The position numbers and the translations under genes are program-made. The notes below the pieces were generated by a model, which worked only from the letters and a program-made list of their open reading frames with translations, was not told the DNA's origin and made no database searches. From Barthelona sp. PCE (Eukaryota), in contig JAUFOR010000002.1 of assembly GCA_040285745.1 (NCBI GenBank), positions 1,364,001-1,428,000 on the forward strand: a stretch of 64,000 nt of DNA. Reading direction: 5' to 3'. Positions 19,455 through 33,800 of the stretch are shown in pieces. The stretch's first letter is position 1, and every line of letters begins with the position of its first letter.

Positions 19455-21488
19455 ATGAAAATTGCAAAAGAAGGAAAAAAACACTTCTTGCCATCCAATG
19501 AGTTTCTAATAGGGCGCAATGAGTTTGACAAGGATTACTGCAACCAAATGCCTGATTCAGCATTTTACGCAACTATTTCATCAGACCACTGTCGGAGAAA
19601 GACCATCAATACTACGATTTACCGTCTTCCATCATTCAAACATCGATACAAGCCAAATCAGTACTACTCAATTGAGGAGGAAGGAACCTACTGTGTTCTT
19701 GACACTCCAATATCAAATCCCAAATGGGATTTAAATATTAATTTTGGATGTCATTTACTTTTGAACATGGACCATGGTTTATTTGAATCCAAGGACGGAT
19801 GTGTTCGAATTGTGCGAAGTGATGGACGTTTTAGAACGACAGACTTTAAGCTAAAGTCAGATGAGAACATTGCTGAGTCTGGAATAGTTTTGCTAACGCC
19901 AAAAGAGGAGTACGACAATAGTCTTTGGTTATACATGTTTGTCCCTGAGGATATTGATGAAGAAAAAAATTTGGACTTAATTAAAATATACGAAGAAGAG
20001 GAAGAAGGTGAAATTGAGCTCTTCAGATGTATTAACGCAACGTGTGTTTTGGCAGCAGTTACACGTGGAGATGTCAAAGTGCTGCAACTGATAAATAACA
20101 AGGGTGAGACTTACGATGTTACCAATTTATTAAGCAATATTGAGACGTTGGATGAATTTATTCTTTTGGAGCTATCAGCTGAAGTGCTGAGCGTATTCTT
20201 CTGGTCTTCAAACAAGGGGTACAAATACACCAAGTGTGGTGGGTGCGAGACCTGGAAAGGGGAGGGCAACTTTTATCAGCTTTTTTCACTGTATATGCGA
20301 ACGGTTGATTATAAAATGGGCTTCAAAGATGCCCCAGTGCTTTACGGGCATGACTTTAAAACCAAATACGTTGGTGAAATTGCATTCTATGACCCTTCTG
20401 TAATTCTCTTTCGACTAGACAGAAATTTTTCATCAGTTGAACTGTTTAATAATGGTTGGATACGGTTTCGACGCAACGACAACCCACTTGTGTATATCAA
20501 CATCGACTTGAACATGGCAATCAACGTAAATTTGAGAGAGAGTCAATCCGTACCATTAACCACCCCAATTTTTTGTGAAAAAAACAATAGCTTCGCGATA
20601 TATGTGCAGTATGAGGAGTATCTGTACCGTGTACGGTGGGATCTTGATGCGTCGGATATCCCTGAAGTAGAAAAATCAATGCCAAAGGCTCACTATCTGA
20701 TTGGTATAGCTTTGGGAAAACCGTTGCAAATTGTCGATGAAAATGATGGCTTTGTGCTTTACCTTGGGTCTCACCGCCTTTGCGTGCTCCCAAGCGATGC
20801 AGTTGACTCATGGTCATGTGGAGAGGATAGCATTATTGTTAATTTAGATGAAACTATTATTTTTATTCAGTTTAATCTAGGCAATGACGAAATAGCGGTG
20901 AAACAGATGTTTGACAGGAGCGTGAACAACTGGGAAGATGAAACAGAGAGATACCAGATATGCCCCTTCTATTACAATGAATCATCACAGCTTGTTGTTG
21001 TAACAAAGAACAACAACGTAGATTACACTGTATCTCAGCAGATTGGCCTTGTCAATTGGGAAAGAGCTGAATTCATAGACTGGGGAGACATCCACCGTTG
21101 GAATTTGTCGAGTGATGAAAAGGTTGGTTCGAAATTCGTGCGATTCATCAATGGCAATACGGTTCTTTGTGAACATTTAATATTAACGTTTAAAGGAGAT
21201 GATTTTTTGGATGTTGTTTTAAAGTTTTCACTTGAAAATTATTCTGCTGTCAACCAACACAATACAATGTATAAATATGATGCCAATATACATGAGCGAG
21301 TGATATGCCAAAATAGTACATTGAGTTTTGACAAATGGATTTTTAAGAATAGTGAACTAAGGAAAAAAAAACATAGAAGGAAGCTACCGATGAAACTATT
21401 CTTGAACAATGCGGTAATTCACTGCCTGCGTGTTCCTGTTTTTGAGGAATATGATGCTGTACAGCAAGATAAATGCGCGTTACTATAA
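19455..21488 (+). CDS. Divergent lineage-specific family protein (beta-rich, ~677 aa)
   Basis: Long ORF with ATG at 19455; C-terminal motif weakly shared with 37308-39125 and 41062-42954. Confidence 0.75.
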   Translation: MKIAKEGKKHFLPSNEFLIGRNEFDKDYCNQMPDSAFYATISSDHCRRKTINTTIYRLPSFKHRYKPNQYYSIEEEGTYCVLDTPISNPKWDLNINFGCHLLLNMDHGLFESKDGCVRIVRSDGRFRTTDFKLKSDENIAESGIVLLTPKEEYDNSLWLYMFVPEDIDEEKNLDLIKIYEEEEEGEIELFRCINATCVLAAVTRGDVKVLQLINNKGETYDVTNLLSNIETLDEFILLELSAEVLSVFFWSSNKGYKYTKCGGCETWKGEGNFYQLFSLYMRTVDYKMGFKDAPVLYGHDFKTKYVGEIAFYDPSVILFRLDRNFSSVELFNNGWIRFRRNDNPLVYINIDLNMAINVNLRESQSVPLTTPIFCEKNNSFAIYVQYEEYLYRVRWDLDASDIPEVEKSMPKAHYLIGIALGKPLQIVDENDGFVLYLGSHRLCVLPSDAVDSWSCGEDSIIVNLDETIIFIQFNLGNDEIAVKQMFDRSVNNWEDETERYQICPFYYNESSQLVVVTKNNNVDYTVSQQIGLVNWERAEFIDWGDIHRWNLSSDEKVGSKFVRFINGNTVLCEHLILTFKGDDFLDVVLKFSLENYSAVNQHNTMYKYDANIHERVICQNSTLSFDKWIFKNSELRKKKHRRKLPMKLFLNNAVIHCLRVPVFEEYDAVQQDKCALL

Positions 21489-21828
21489 CAGTAATCTATT
21501 TTACAATGTCCAAAAGTATGAAACCATGGTGAAGAGACTATAGTATATCATTCTCGTTGTTGAAAACATCATCAATTGGGAAATTGACGTTAGGCTCCAT
21601 TTCTTTTAACAGACGTTTCATCGTATACCTGTTTCCTCTTTTGTTTGGACCAAAGCAAGAACCATAAAAACAAGAACAGCAATTACTACAATCATCGCAA
21701 TGTAAAAAAAAAATAGCTCACCGAACATTCCTTTTCTAAAGTCTCAATCAGATAGTTAATTTCCATTTTAAGTGCATAACCTAAGTTTTGTTTTTCCAAA
21801 ATTTTGTATAGAATTTACAACAATGATG

Positions 21829-24800
21829 TTAGAAACGCAAACTACATAGAAGTGCAGTTCCACGTTTAATCCAATGTGCTTCGCCTTCTGAGGTACTTGG
21901 AACCTCGATGGTAGTAACAAAGTTTGTGGAGTGACCAGTAGTCGAAAGAGTACCAGCTCTCTTGGCGGTCTTGAAAAGAGGACAATTGTAGATTCCCTCC
22001 TTGGGCTTAATACGATTAGACAGAGGTAAGAGTTGAATGACGGGGAATTCACTGAATAACTCCTTGGGTTTGGCTTCCACCAAGGAGTGTGATTTCGGAT
22101 CCCAACGTGCACCCTCAAGGAATAGACCATCAACATAAACACCATCTTCCGGTGGAGTAGTTGGTCTAGCAGCATCCATAATGGTAAAACTGAACGATAT
22201 TGTGTCGATTGAGATGACATACTTACGAGCAAAGTTCTGTAATGTACCAGTGATAAACGCCTGAGGGAAGAAGAAACCGCTCATCCAGTAAATGACTGGA
22301 GGACCCTGCTCGTACCAGTTGTTGATGAAATTGCAACGAACAATGAGATCAGAAACCCAAGCGGAGAGAGGTTTCAGAGATGGGTAAGCAACCTTCGTCC
22401 ATAGAGTGGGAACCTGGTTATTGAAGAGGTTATTTGCAACCTCCTCAAGTTCTTGTGAAAGAACAACTTCACCCTTGAGTGCACGGCGTAATTCATCAAG
22501 GGAGCGATGCAAGACCTTAAGCAGACGGTTATAACGGATGGCTTCCTGCTGCAATACAGTATTCATACTTTCTTCGTATCTAGTAGGGTAACGGGCCTGG
22601 ATGGCCTCAATGTCAAAGACGGGTGACACACGTGACGCGATGTCCTTAGCAAGTGAATCGATCTTGTCGTTACGATCACCACCAGCACCTCCAGAGTCGG
22701 AAGGCTGAAGGGTGATGAGGGTATCAAACATGTGGAACGTCTCGTTGGTCATATGAGTGATATCACCATTTTGGTGGAGACCAAAGACGGAAGGTTCAGC
22801 ATTCAAGGGCAATGACTCAATGAAAGAAACGTAATCTGTCTTTTCAAGGGAGGAGACGACGCGATACGTACCGTCGTTATCAACGATACTATTGACTAGA
22901 TCCCAGCTCTCGTTCAAGACGTTTTCATCAATGAGTGTTGTGATAATCGTCTGGATGGTTCTCTTATCCCAAACATCTGTGACACGACCACCATAGTTGA
23001 TTTGACCACACAAGAAACGAAGGACCTCGAATGGAATATCGTCATAGTGCTCCAGGAAGTAAGAAAGCTGCTTGACACAGATCGAGAGATCTGATTGATT
23101 AAATTCATAAGGGATGTTCCAACCAAGAGCTCCGAACTTACGTCTCTCCTGGATTGCTGCGTGGAAGAACGACAGAGAGAACAACAGATGGTTGAACTCG
23201 ACTGGTTTGGTGGGATGGTTGAAGAGAGCGTCGTCGAAAGAGACGTAAGACCTCAACAAGTTGTTACGAAGACCCTTGGGGGGTTCGAGTGTCATCTTGA
23301 CGGAGTTCATCAGGATTGAAACTGGGAACTCCTTGGATGGCATGGATGTGAGCCAGAGACGGAACTCAGGACGGATGCGATCAGGGTTGAAGCTGTCGAC
23401 AATACGTTCGAGCTCAGGCATCCAAGACGAGGACAAGTGACAGTTCTGTAACAGAACCCATGAGCCACTCTCGGCAGCTGCCTCGATCATCTTTGCTGCC
23501 TTAGGTCCTTGACCTTGACCAAGTGAAATATGGGACAACTTGTGACGCATGTGCATCTGCTCAGCAAAGGCAAACAGATCTTGTGCAGGATCAGCACCAG
23601 GACTCAGCACAAACACCAGAGGTGTGAGAGCAGAAGAGTCACGATAAGAACCAGTCAAATCAAACGTTGGTGGCACAATGAAGCGACCATCCAAGTTGGA
23701 AGTGACAAACGCCTGGATTGCTGGCACAACCTTATCAGGCCTGAATGTCCTGAGGATAAGAAGACGACCGAAAGCATCCATCTCGTCGAAGGGAGCGGGG
23801 AGGGTTACCTCATGAACGTCGTTTGAGTCAAAGAGCTTACGCCATGTGGCAGTGTTGTTCAACCAGTCGTGTACATACTTCTCGAAACGAGGAAGTTGAC
23901 TTACTGCACAAATCTCCTGCCACATACCGTCTGTGATGAATGAAGGATCAGGGTTTGGATGGTTTGGATCCATGGCAAGACCCGAAATGAGATAACGCCA
24001 CTCACGGTTGTCGAGCTCGTTACGGTTCATCTTGATTCGGACAGACATGAGGAACGAAAACATGAGCTTGTGTACTTCAAACAAAGAACGACAAATATTC
24101 TCGTAGAGGGAATAAGTAAAGAAATCAGTTAATGAAACAATACGTTCCTGAAGATCCTCGCTCTTGGGGGAGTTATGGATCGAGCTCACAAACAAACGGA
24201 GGAACCATTGAAGTGAGTACTGATACATTGGGTCGGCCGCAGACATGTCAACTACACAGAAGTAGAGGATGGTAGCACGAATGGAGATGGGGATATACTG
24301 AGAACGAGCATGATCAATCTCTTTCTCGGTGATCTCCGCTTCCCTGACCTTCTCCTGTACTTGGATTGAAACCTTCTTTGATCCAGCAAGAACATCAATG
24401 GCCTTATCATCTTCAAGAATTGCTTCCTGTGATGTGTTTTCCAGAATACGAAGAATGTCGTCTTCAATTTCCTTGAGGTTGCATTTCATCTGGAAGGTAT
24501 CCTTGATGAGCCTGTTCTTCAACTTCTCCAGTTCAGGCTTCTCCTCAATAACAATCTTTGAGAGAATCTGATCACGGAGTCCCTGGAAGGTAATTGAAAA
24601 GTTAAGCAGCGTAACCTTGGACTGGATCTCGGGTGAGTAATGCGGATTAAACAGTTTAGTTGTCAAGAACAACTGGAAATCACTGTTATAACTGATCATG
24701 TGATCACCCAGCTTGATCATGGGCACCTTACCCTTCTCGTACGTTATCTGTCTCAGTAAGATCGAGTTCAGATATGAAGGGATGTTGCTCGATAGGTTCT

Positions 24801-27800
24801 CAAGCAAGAACTTCTTACCAAATCGAATACAGTTCTCGAGCTTACGCATGACTGTCTTTTCATCAGTATTGTTAATATTAACAACCTCAATGGAATCAGC
24901 ACCGTATGTGTTACGAATCCACCTGTTAGCCTGTGACTGAGGATCAATCAGAAGAGGCCAACGCTCGGTGTTGTTCATAATGATTGCATTATCGATAGAG
25001 AACTCATCGTAAGGGAGACCATTCATATTCCAGTTACGGGTTTCATTAGCATCACCCAATGTGCGCTGAAGAGAGAAACGACTACTACAGTTGATGTTCA
25101 CCTCTGCCAATTTCTCAAACCAAGATTGTACGAGTTGCTTACGATAATCATTAGTGAATGCACCGAGATATGAGATGAATGCTGCACACAACAGAACATC
25201 ACCGGTGAGGCATACTTCAAGCTTTTCCAGCTCAACAACCTCTTCCTTCCAACGTTTACGTTCATCAGCTAATGAAGTAAGCAATTTCTCGGCTCTCTTG
25301 AGTTTTTTCTGTGTATTCTCAACATCCTTCTCGAGTTTAACCTTGAAGGAGTTCTGCTCTTCGAGAGAGCTCTCCAATGACTGGATCTGCTCCTCTAAAG
25401 CATCGAGTTCCTCACGGAGACCCTTCAGCTTGGACATGATGATATCCAGCTCTGCCTTAGCTTCAGCCAAAGCACGCTCCTTAGGCTCAACCTCCTTTGC
25501 AACAACGTGGAAGTCGTACACGGAACAGACCCAAACGGAAAGAGTAGCAGCGGCCATTGAAACCTTCTGCATTTCCTTCTCGTTGAAAGTTGGATCCTCA
25601 CGGAAAACGCGCACCTTTTGTACGATTTCATCGGTGAGGTTCTTCGTATCGTAGTTGAGCAGTCGATCAAGAAGATCACGTGGCTTACGCAGAAGCTCTT
25701 GTGCAGGGCCCCAATACTCACGAATGTACTTACCGGGAACACCGCTCGGATCGGGAACACGACGGGGTTTCTTATCCAACAAAATACAAACAGCTTGCAT
25801 ACATGTCTTGACAGTTTCCGGAGGACGAAGGAAGGAACCAAGCTCGGTAAGCATACGAGGATCAATCTGTTTGACACGGTTCTGTGCTGCTTCGAAAGCA
25901 GGACGTACTTGCTCCAGATCAGCCTCAGCGTCTTCCTTAATGGCAGCACACTCAGCAGCGTTCTTTTGCGCAACGATTTCTTGCTTTTCGATTTCCTCAC
26001 GCTTCTTACGGACCTCCTCCTTCTTAATGTTAAGGTTTCCAATAATAACAGTCAGTTCCTCCGACTTCGTTTGCAACTCTGGAATAAGCTTTTCGAAACG
26101 CTTACGGAGAATCTCAATCTGAACTTCTGTCTCATTGATGATGTCAAGACCCTTAGTGTAACGGTGCTTGGCACGCTTGAGCTTATCGGCCTGATCCTTG
26201 AAGAGGAGTTCAACCATAGAGAGAAGCTCAAGGTATGAGATAGGTGTCACGTAATTGTGACGGCCCAATTTGTTGAAGTAGTCCTGGGACAGATCAGATA
26301 CAGTCTGGTGAACGTGGACACAGAACTCAATGACTGATGACTCCATCTGTACGAGTTTGCCACGAGCAACCGACTCGAGTGCCTCACGAGGCCACTCTGT
26401 GAACCAGTCAATAGTACAACAGTTAACCAAAGATGGGAACTGACGCAGACGTTGACGGAACAGGGCTGACTTGGGAGACATGCACAAAACGACATGAATG
26501 TGTTGCTTAATACGAGACACAAACAAACTGTATAGGTTGAGCTTGGTGGGAGTGATACCCTGCTCACGCGCGACGGGGCGCATCGTCTGATAAATCTGAT
26601 CTAGCTCAGTTTCATCAAACAAGTTGGGGACTTCACCAATGTTAAGGATGTTGGACACATCCTCAAGCATCTGCTCGGTCTGGATCTGAGCATCAGTCAA
26701 TAGGAAGACTGTGTTCTTCTCGTCAAGACCACATGACTTGAGCAGCTGCATGATATTCTCACGCCACTCGGTCATTCCGAATCCCTTAGTAACGGTGATT
26801 GTGAACAGCTCGTACTTTGCAATGAAAACAGAAAGACGGGTTAGCGACTGACGTCCAGAACCGCCAACACCCAGCAACAATGCGTTACCTTCAGGTGATG
26901 TGATGATACGGTAGATACGCAGAATGTGCTCGATTGCGTTTGTGAACATGACGAGGTTCATCTTGTGGGATTCCTCCTCGTTATAGTCGACAAGACGGTT
27001 CTCAATACGCTTCTGCAACTGCTTGACGTCGGTGACTTCTCTGTAAGCGAGATCATCGGTGATACCACCAAAGAAGAGACGGAGAGGCTTCTCAGGCTCG
27101 TACTCGGGCACAAGACGTTTGATATCATTATTGAGATCAGTGCGAACAATCTCAGCAATCTTCTTGCTGATAAACACGCGATCATCATCATTTGTGAGAC
27201 GATCACCAAACACACGCATGTTCTCATGTGCCCAAAGGCGGATGAGGGTGTCTGGCGAATTGGACAGTGACTGGGGATGACACATACAAATACCCTGGAT
27301 AACGCTTGATAGATCACGAAGATTGAAGGTGTAGTGCGACTTATCAGGGGTGGGGAGCATGTTATCACAGACAGTGTTGTACAACTTAACTGACGCCTTG
27401 ATGATATCTCCCTGAATATCCATGAGGTTCTCTGAGAACTTATTGCTTGCAAAGAAATGACCAATGATACTGTTATAGATTGTAAACAGAGACTCATTAG
27501 AAAGAACTGGGAAGCAGAGGAAGTTAAAGTGCCTCAATAGACGGTCTGTGACGGGGTTACGACCTCCACCAGGGGGACCCATAGCGGAAACAAAGTGCAC
27601 GTCGATGATGTGCCTCAGGTAGAGAGCCTTACGATCGTACCAACCACCATGATCCATCCACTGACGGACGAGTTCGATTGGGGGCTGGGCACCGTATTCT
27701 TCACGCTTAGGCATGTTAAGATCATCAACAAAGATGATCATATGCTTACCGAGAGGAGGACCAAAGTAAACAGTACGTCTCTTTTCGAATTTCGAATCGA

Positions 27801-30800
27801 GGATATCCTGTGTTTGGTTTGCGCTTGTTTGCGCTGAAAAAGTGACAAAGAGAGGGATAAATGTGTTCCCATCAATTTGGTTGACCAAGTTCTGCTTGAT
27901 GGATACAGACTTAGAAGTACCCGTCTCACCAACACTCAGAATGTTCTGGCGGTTCTCATTGAGAATCTTCATTACGTACTGCAGAGCAATAGTCTCGGGA
28001 ACAGGGATAATGAGATCAGAGACGCTGGATTTGCTATCAGCCTTGAACGGTTCAACGGTGTCCTCCCATAGCACCCAGCTATTGTTCTCCTCATCGAACT
28101 TGTACGAGTACAGAGTCTTTTCGTCAGAGGGAAGGGTACACTTACAGTGTTGAGGAATAAGATTACGGAAGAAAACATCAAACTTCTTACGTGAAGCACC
28201 ATCGATGGATGCACCCACGGACCACAACACACTGAATACGAGGAGAGCATCCAGGATATTAGGGATACGGTCAAGAACCTCCTGTGGAACAGGGGTTACC
28301 TCATCGACAGGTTGATAGTTCTTGATGAACGAATCGAATAATCTAAAGCAAGACTGAATCAAGTTAGAAGCAACGGCAGGAATGAGCTCGTTACAACTAC
28401 GCTTAACGAAATCAACACATGGCTCAATCAAACCAGTAAAGATACGCTGAATAATTGGTCTGAACTGAACAAAATTCTCGGGGAGTGTGGAGATCCAAGA
28501 ATCGATCCAAGCCTTAAATCCAATATGGATGGGTTCCAAATAGACCATACCACAACGAGAAACAGTAGCAGGAGAAGCAACTGCAAGATCTTCAACCTCA
28601 AAGATGATGTTCATACGGTCGGTAAGAGGGATGATCTGACCTGAGGGCAGACACAGTTTCTTGTTATCATCAAGCACAGTGTTCATGTTCTCAATCCAAA
28701 GTGCATCAACTGGGCCATCACAACAAATGTAGAAGTGATCATCAGACTCGTTCTGGGCTGCAGTACGAATATTCTTTGCAAGAACACCGTCGTACCATTC
28801 CTGTGTGTTCTTATCACGACCACCATACAGCTGATCCATAGAGATACTCTTGGGATTAAGTGTGAGGATATGTACCTTGTAGAAATCATCAGAGTCCTTT
28901 AGCTTTGTAAGGGATGTCGCCAGCGTGTGAAGACACTCTGTCTTACCACCGCCAGTTGGACCAACAAGCATAAGACCGTGACGAAGAACAGTTGTATCGA
29001 ACAACTGAATGACCTTCTGTACAAAGTCTTCCGTTGGTTGCAAGTTACGCTCAGCAATCGACTCAAAGATGGACTGTTGGAGCAGACCGTAATCGATGCT
29101 GGGAATCTTTGTGTTGGGGAAAAGATCAGAAATAATACCGTTAAACAATGGTAAATCATCGGCAAGGAACTTTGGCAAGTTACAATCACGAAGAGCTCTC
29201 AGTAGAACAATCTCTTCATTCTGATCGGGGCTCTCGCGCTTAAGCTTACCAGCTGCTGAGATAACTGTGTTGACAGCACGCATACCGAAATCATAGTGAG
29301 ATTGGCTAGAAAGCTGTTCTGAAGAAAGTCTAAAGGTGGAAACCATCTTTCTTGCAAGGTTCTTACCCTCCTTGAAACCGAATGAGAACAGACGGACTTC
29401 TGCAATGAGGGCGTAATCGGGAACCATGACTGCAATGGGACGGAACTGAGCCTTGAGGTTATCGGGAAGTTCGGTACGACCAGCGTAACCGGGGTTCATA
29501 GTGATGAAAACACCACATGTGGGATCAAGCTTGACCTCAACACCAGCAAAGACAAACTTCTTGAGACCCTGCCTGATTGATTGGTAGATTGTAGACAGTT
29601 GTTGGGCAATAACGGACAAAACCTCAATATCAATACGGTTGAACTCATCGAAACATGACCAAGCACCGGTCTGAACAAGACCAAGGAAGAGACGCTCGAA
29701 TGAGAAGACGGTAAGACCTTCCTGACAGTTCATGACAATAACCTGTGAACCGACAATCTTACCAAGATCCTTAACGGTTTCGGTCTTACCTGTACCGGCG
29801 GGGCCCTGAGGCGAACCACCTAACTGGAAGTGAATAGCGTTAAAGAGAGTTACTCGAATTAAACGAGTGAGAGGGGTGGTGACCAAAATCGATGTGGCAC
29901 CAAGGTACTCGTACTTATAACGGACATTGGACTGCACCATACGAATGTAGATGTCGTCATTATCCCAGTATGTACGAAGCTGAGAGATCCAGTTGAAGTC
30001 GCGAATATCGCCAACCTTGTGTTGGATCAGTTCATCTGTGACATCACGAGAGTGGACATCAAGAGTGAGTAAAGCACCAATACCTGTTCTGTGGACGCGA
30101 GATAGCTTACCTCGAACAAGGTTAGTGAGTGCAAAGATTTGCTTGCGCTGCTTCTCAGCCTGTGCTTCGCATGCCTGCTCCTCAATGGCAAGCTCGTTCT
30201 CACGAGTCCACATGACGGCGCTGACAATGAGCACAACCTGGGCTGGGAAAGCAAGCACCCACTCCTCGCGAGGCATTTCGTAATACGCAGAAATGGCCTG
30301 ACTAATAACGTGGTGTACTGAAGCTTTCATCATTTCCTCGATATCACACATCCAGTTCTCAACAAACTCGGTGGGGAAGACACCATCCTTGAATGGAACA
30401 CGTTCACCTTCACCGGAGAACATGGCAACCATCTCATTGTTTTCGACAAACTCGATTTTGTGAATGTTATCGAAACACTTACGGAGATGAGGCTGAACAG
30501 CCGTGGGATCCTTGGTCTGCGACAGAATCATGAGCAGATCGTCGTCAGAAAGGAAATAGAAACGTGCAAAGACGGCACGCTTGGATTCGAGATAATCGGC
30601 AAGTCCCTTCTGGACCTGATCCAATAACTCTGTGCACTCCTTGAACTTGGAGAGCAACTTCTCTTGTGAGCAGAACGCAAGACAATCGGGGTTACGATTA
30701 GCAATGTTCATTAATCTACGCCATGTGTGATCAACACTGCTGAAAGTCTTGTATTCACGTGGCAGTTGTCGAATAATATCAGCTGAAGAGAAAATGGGCT

Positions 30801-33800
30801 CCAAATACATCCAAGATGCCTGGACAACACACCATTCCTCAATAATATCAGAGGTGCTCTTTAGCAAAGCCTCCCATTCGGCAATTTCCTCCTCGAATGG
30901 CTTCTTGAAAGGAGAGAAGCTCATAGCCTGTGTTGTGACAATGTGATCGTCCAACAAAGTCATGACGTCTTCAATTCCACCCATTGTGTATGTATCATGA
31001 TATGGGTTGATGAAGAACTCCATACCTTCCCATGCTTCCTTCATCTTCGAAAGAGCCTCTTCAATCATAAACTCCTTAGAAGCATAATCAGTGACCTTGA
31101 AGATGGCAAGTTCGTGTGAAGGAAGATTCAGTGAAAAGAAATCACGAAGTGTGAATGAATCATCCTCATCTGGGTTAAGCTCAAAGCCCAACTCCAAAGA
31201 AAGTTCCTTCCAGTGACGCTCACGCATACCTGGACCACGGAGTGCCTGAAGCAGGGGAATATGAGGTACGAATTCCTCGATTTTCTCCTTCGTGGTAACA
31301 GCAATCTCAGCACAAGCAGGGTGCTCACTGAGACCCTTAACAGATTTCTTGATAGTCTTGAAAGCAGACATAACCTGCTCTTCCATCTCGATGGCATTCA
31401 GATCAGAAAACGCTTCACTGTTCCATAGTTTCCACCAATCATCCCAGTTCTGGGCAGTCAACCACAGGTCAGCAAAAGGCTGGAAGGCTTCTTGCAATAC
31501 CTTGACATCGTTGTAGTTGGTCTTGTTGATTGATAGCAGACCTTCACGTGTGTTAAAGTCCTTTGACTGTTGACCAGCCGATTTGAGCTCGCTGAGCAGA
31601 CGTTTGATCTCGGCAGCGTACTCAGCAGTCTTGGCAGGGTCAATGTTCTGGTGGAAGTTACCAACAATGAGAGAAACATCCTGCACCTTACGTTGGAACG
31701 ATTCTTGGCCCTTCTTGAGCTCCTTACGGAACTTCTCCTCGTATTTCTCAAAGAGAACGAGGTTCTTGGCAGCTACGTTCTCCAAGTTACGAGGCCAGCT
31801 GAAAATCTTCCAACGAAGCGCAAACTCCGAATCACTGAAACAGTAACTCAACTTCTCAAGCTGCTCGTATATCTTCACCATTGTATCCATCTTCTCTGAA
31901 AGGACATCCTCATGACTAACAATAGAAGTTTGGAACTCCTTAATTTCCGTCAGATGCTCGATGGAACGGGGGCGCTCAATTAGTTTCTTGTAGAAACCTT
32001 CGTACTGGCTACCAATCTCCGAACATAGGGCGGTTGCCTTCTGTACAATACATTGTAAGAGAGCCTCGATCAGGACATCGTATTTCTTCTCGAGATGTTG
32101 ACGGACGCTGGAACAGTTGACCTGAACACCACCAAGGTTAATACTCTCCTGGATATCGTTGTACAATGCCTGCTTCTCTGCACGAAGCTTACTTACACGC
32201 TCCTTCAAAAGCACCAAATCAAGAGATTCGTAGTTGGTTTTGAGATAACGTTGGAAAAGTGAGGTTGGAAGAGTCATGAACTTACTATATTTGTTGAAAG
32301 TCTGTAAGTAACGCTTAAGAGGGACTAAAAGACTTCCCATAGCTCTGCCGATTTCATCGCGCTGTGCCTCAACATCAATGATACCAATGCAATCAAGTGT
32401 ATCCTCGTTGAGGAACTGTGTCGACATGACGAGCGTTTCAATCTTTGGCAGATCAACCAATGATGCCAGGACGTTGTCAAAAACTTTGAGAGGCATTCCC
32501 TCAAATAAAGTAAGAGGAACGTCGTAATCAATCGCAGTCGTCTCCATCTCAACATAATCTGGGTACTCCTTCTCGCTAATCTCGGAAGTAATGTCAGGCT
32601 TGACGAGAGGCTCATCCTCGCCATCGTCGTCCATCATACCGTCATCCTCATCAAGTGGAAGATCGAATGACTCGTTGATTGCAGTGATAAACTCAGTGTA
32701 CTGCTCAAAAGATGAAAAATTCTCATCGTGTGTAGCCTTCTTGACCTCAAGCTTTACGACAAAGAGAGGTGCGCTACGGATACTGTTATCCATCAGGGTA
32801 ACCTTAACATCGTTTGTGTCACTGATGAGAGGAACAAAGTTCTGGACGCGGACAATCCAATCACGGTATTTGTTAATGTTATTAAGCAAAAGGCGACGTA
32901 ACACATCTTGACAAACAAAGTTAAGTGTTCTAATAAAGTCGGCCATGCGCGAATGCTTGAAAATATTGGGCTGCAGGTTAGCAGCGGAAAACCAACCGAT
33001 CTTGACGTTCTTGAGCGTATTCAATAAGTGAGAACGGACTGCGCTCAGATAATTATCAGTCAGAAAGACCTTGGCGTTGGTGAGCGTTGTGCTCTGAATG
33101 GAAGCGAATTCTTCAACATGGAAGGTCTTGTTGGATACAAGGAAGAACTGTAAGTGCTCCTGGAGGCGATGGTTCTCATTATACAATTTGGCAAGAACTT
33201 CGACGCATTCAGGCTTGGTGAAGAACGACTTCTTAACAAAGGAATCACGTGCATCCTCGTACTCCTCACGTGTAATGGGGATAGAATCACGATCAACGGG
33301 CAAAGGCTTGGGCTTTGGCGCATTAATGAGATGAGCAATCTCAACAAGAGACTCATCATTAAAGTTCTTGAGGAAATTGTCATCATCCAATAGTTTCTTT
33401 AGGATAAGACTGTTTTCCAACTGTGCAAAATCAAGTTGCAGATCTTTCAATAATTCTTTGGTTCTTTCCTCAATATTAATTTGCAAACTGTTGTAAGCAT
33501 TTGGTGAAATCTTCTTGATACTCTTTGAAACTGATGGGATACTACGTGGTTGTCCGAATATATCATAAAAACTAATATCGATTCCCTCTAGAGCTCTATT
33601 CAAAACAGCCTTCAGTTTCTCCTGATCAATGAGAGGGAGGTTATCCAACGGCATCTTTGAAATGTAAAGGGTGTACTTGAGATGTAGTTCTGTCTCGTGC
33701 CTTGTCATATACATATTTCTTAAACGTTCAACAAAGCGCAATGGGTTCTCACCCATGATTAGACACTGATCTCTAGTGAGATGAAATGTCTTTCCACTGA

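Noticed and set aside
14897-33393. Long antisense or alternate-frame ORFs inside MRD1, the beta-helix gene and dynein (e.g. 14897-15721, 17060-17941, 25618-26238)
   Set aside because: Shadow ORFs produced by codon bias of the real genes; no recognisable protein features.
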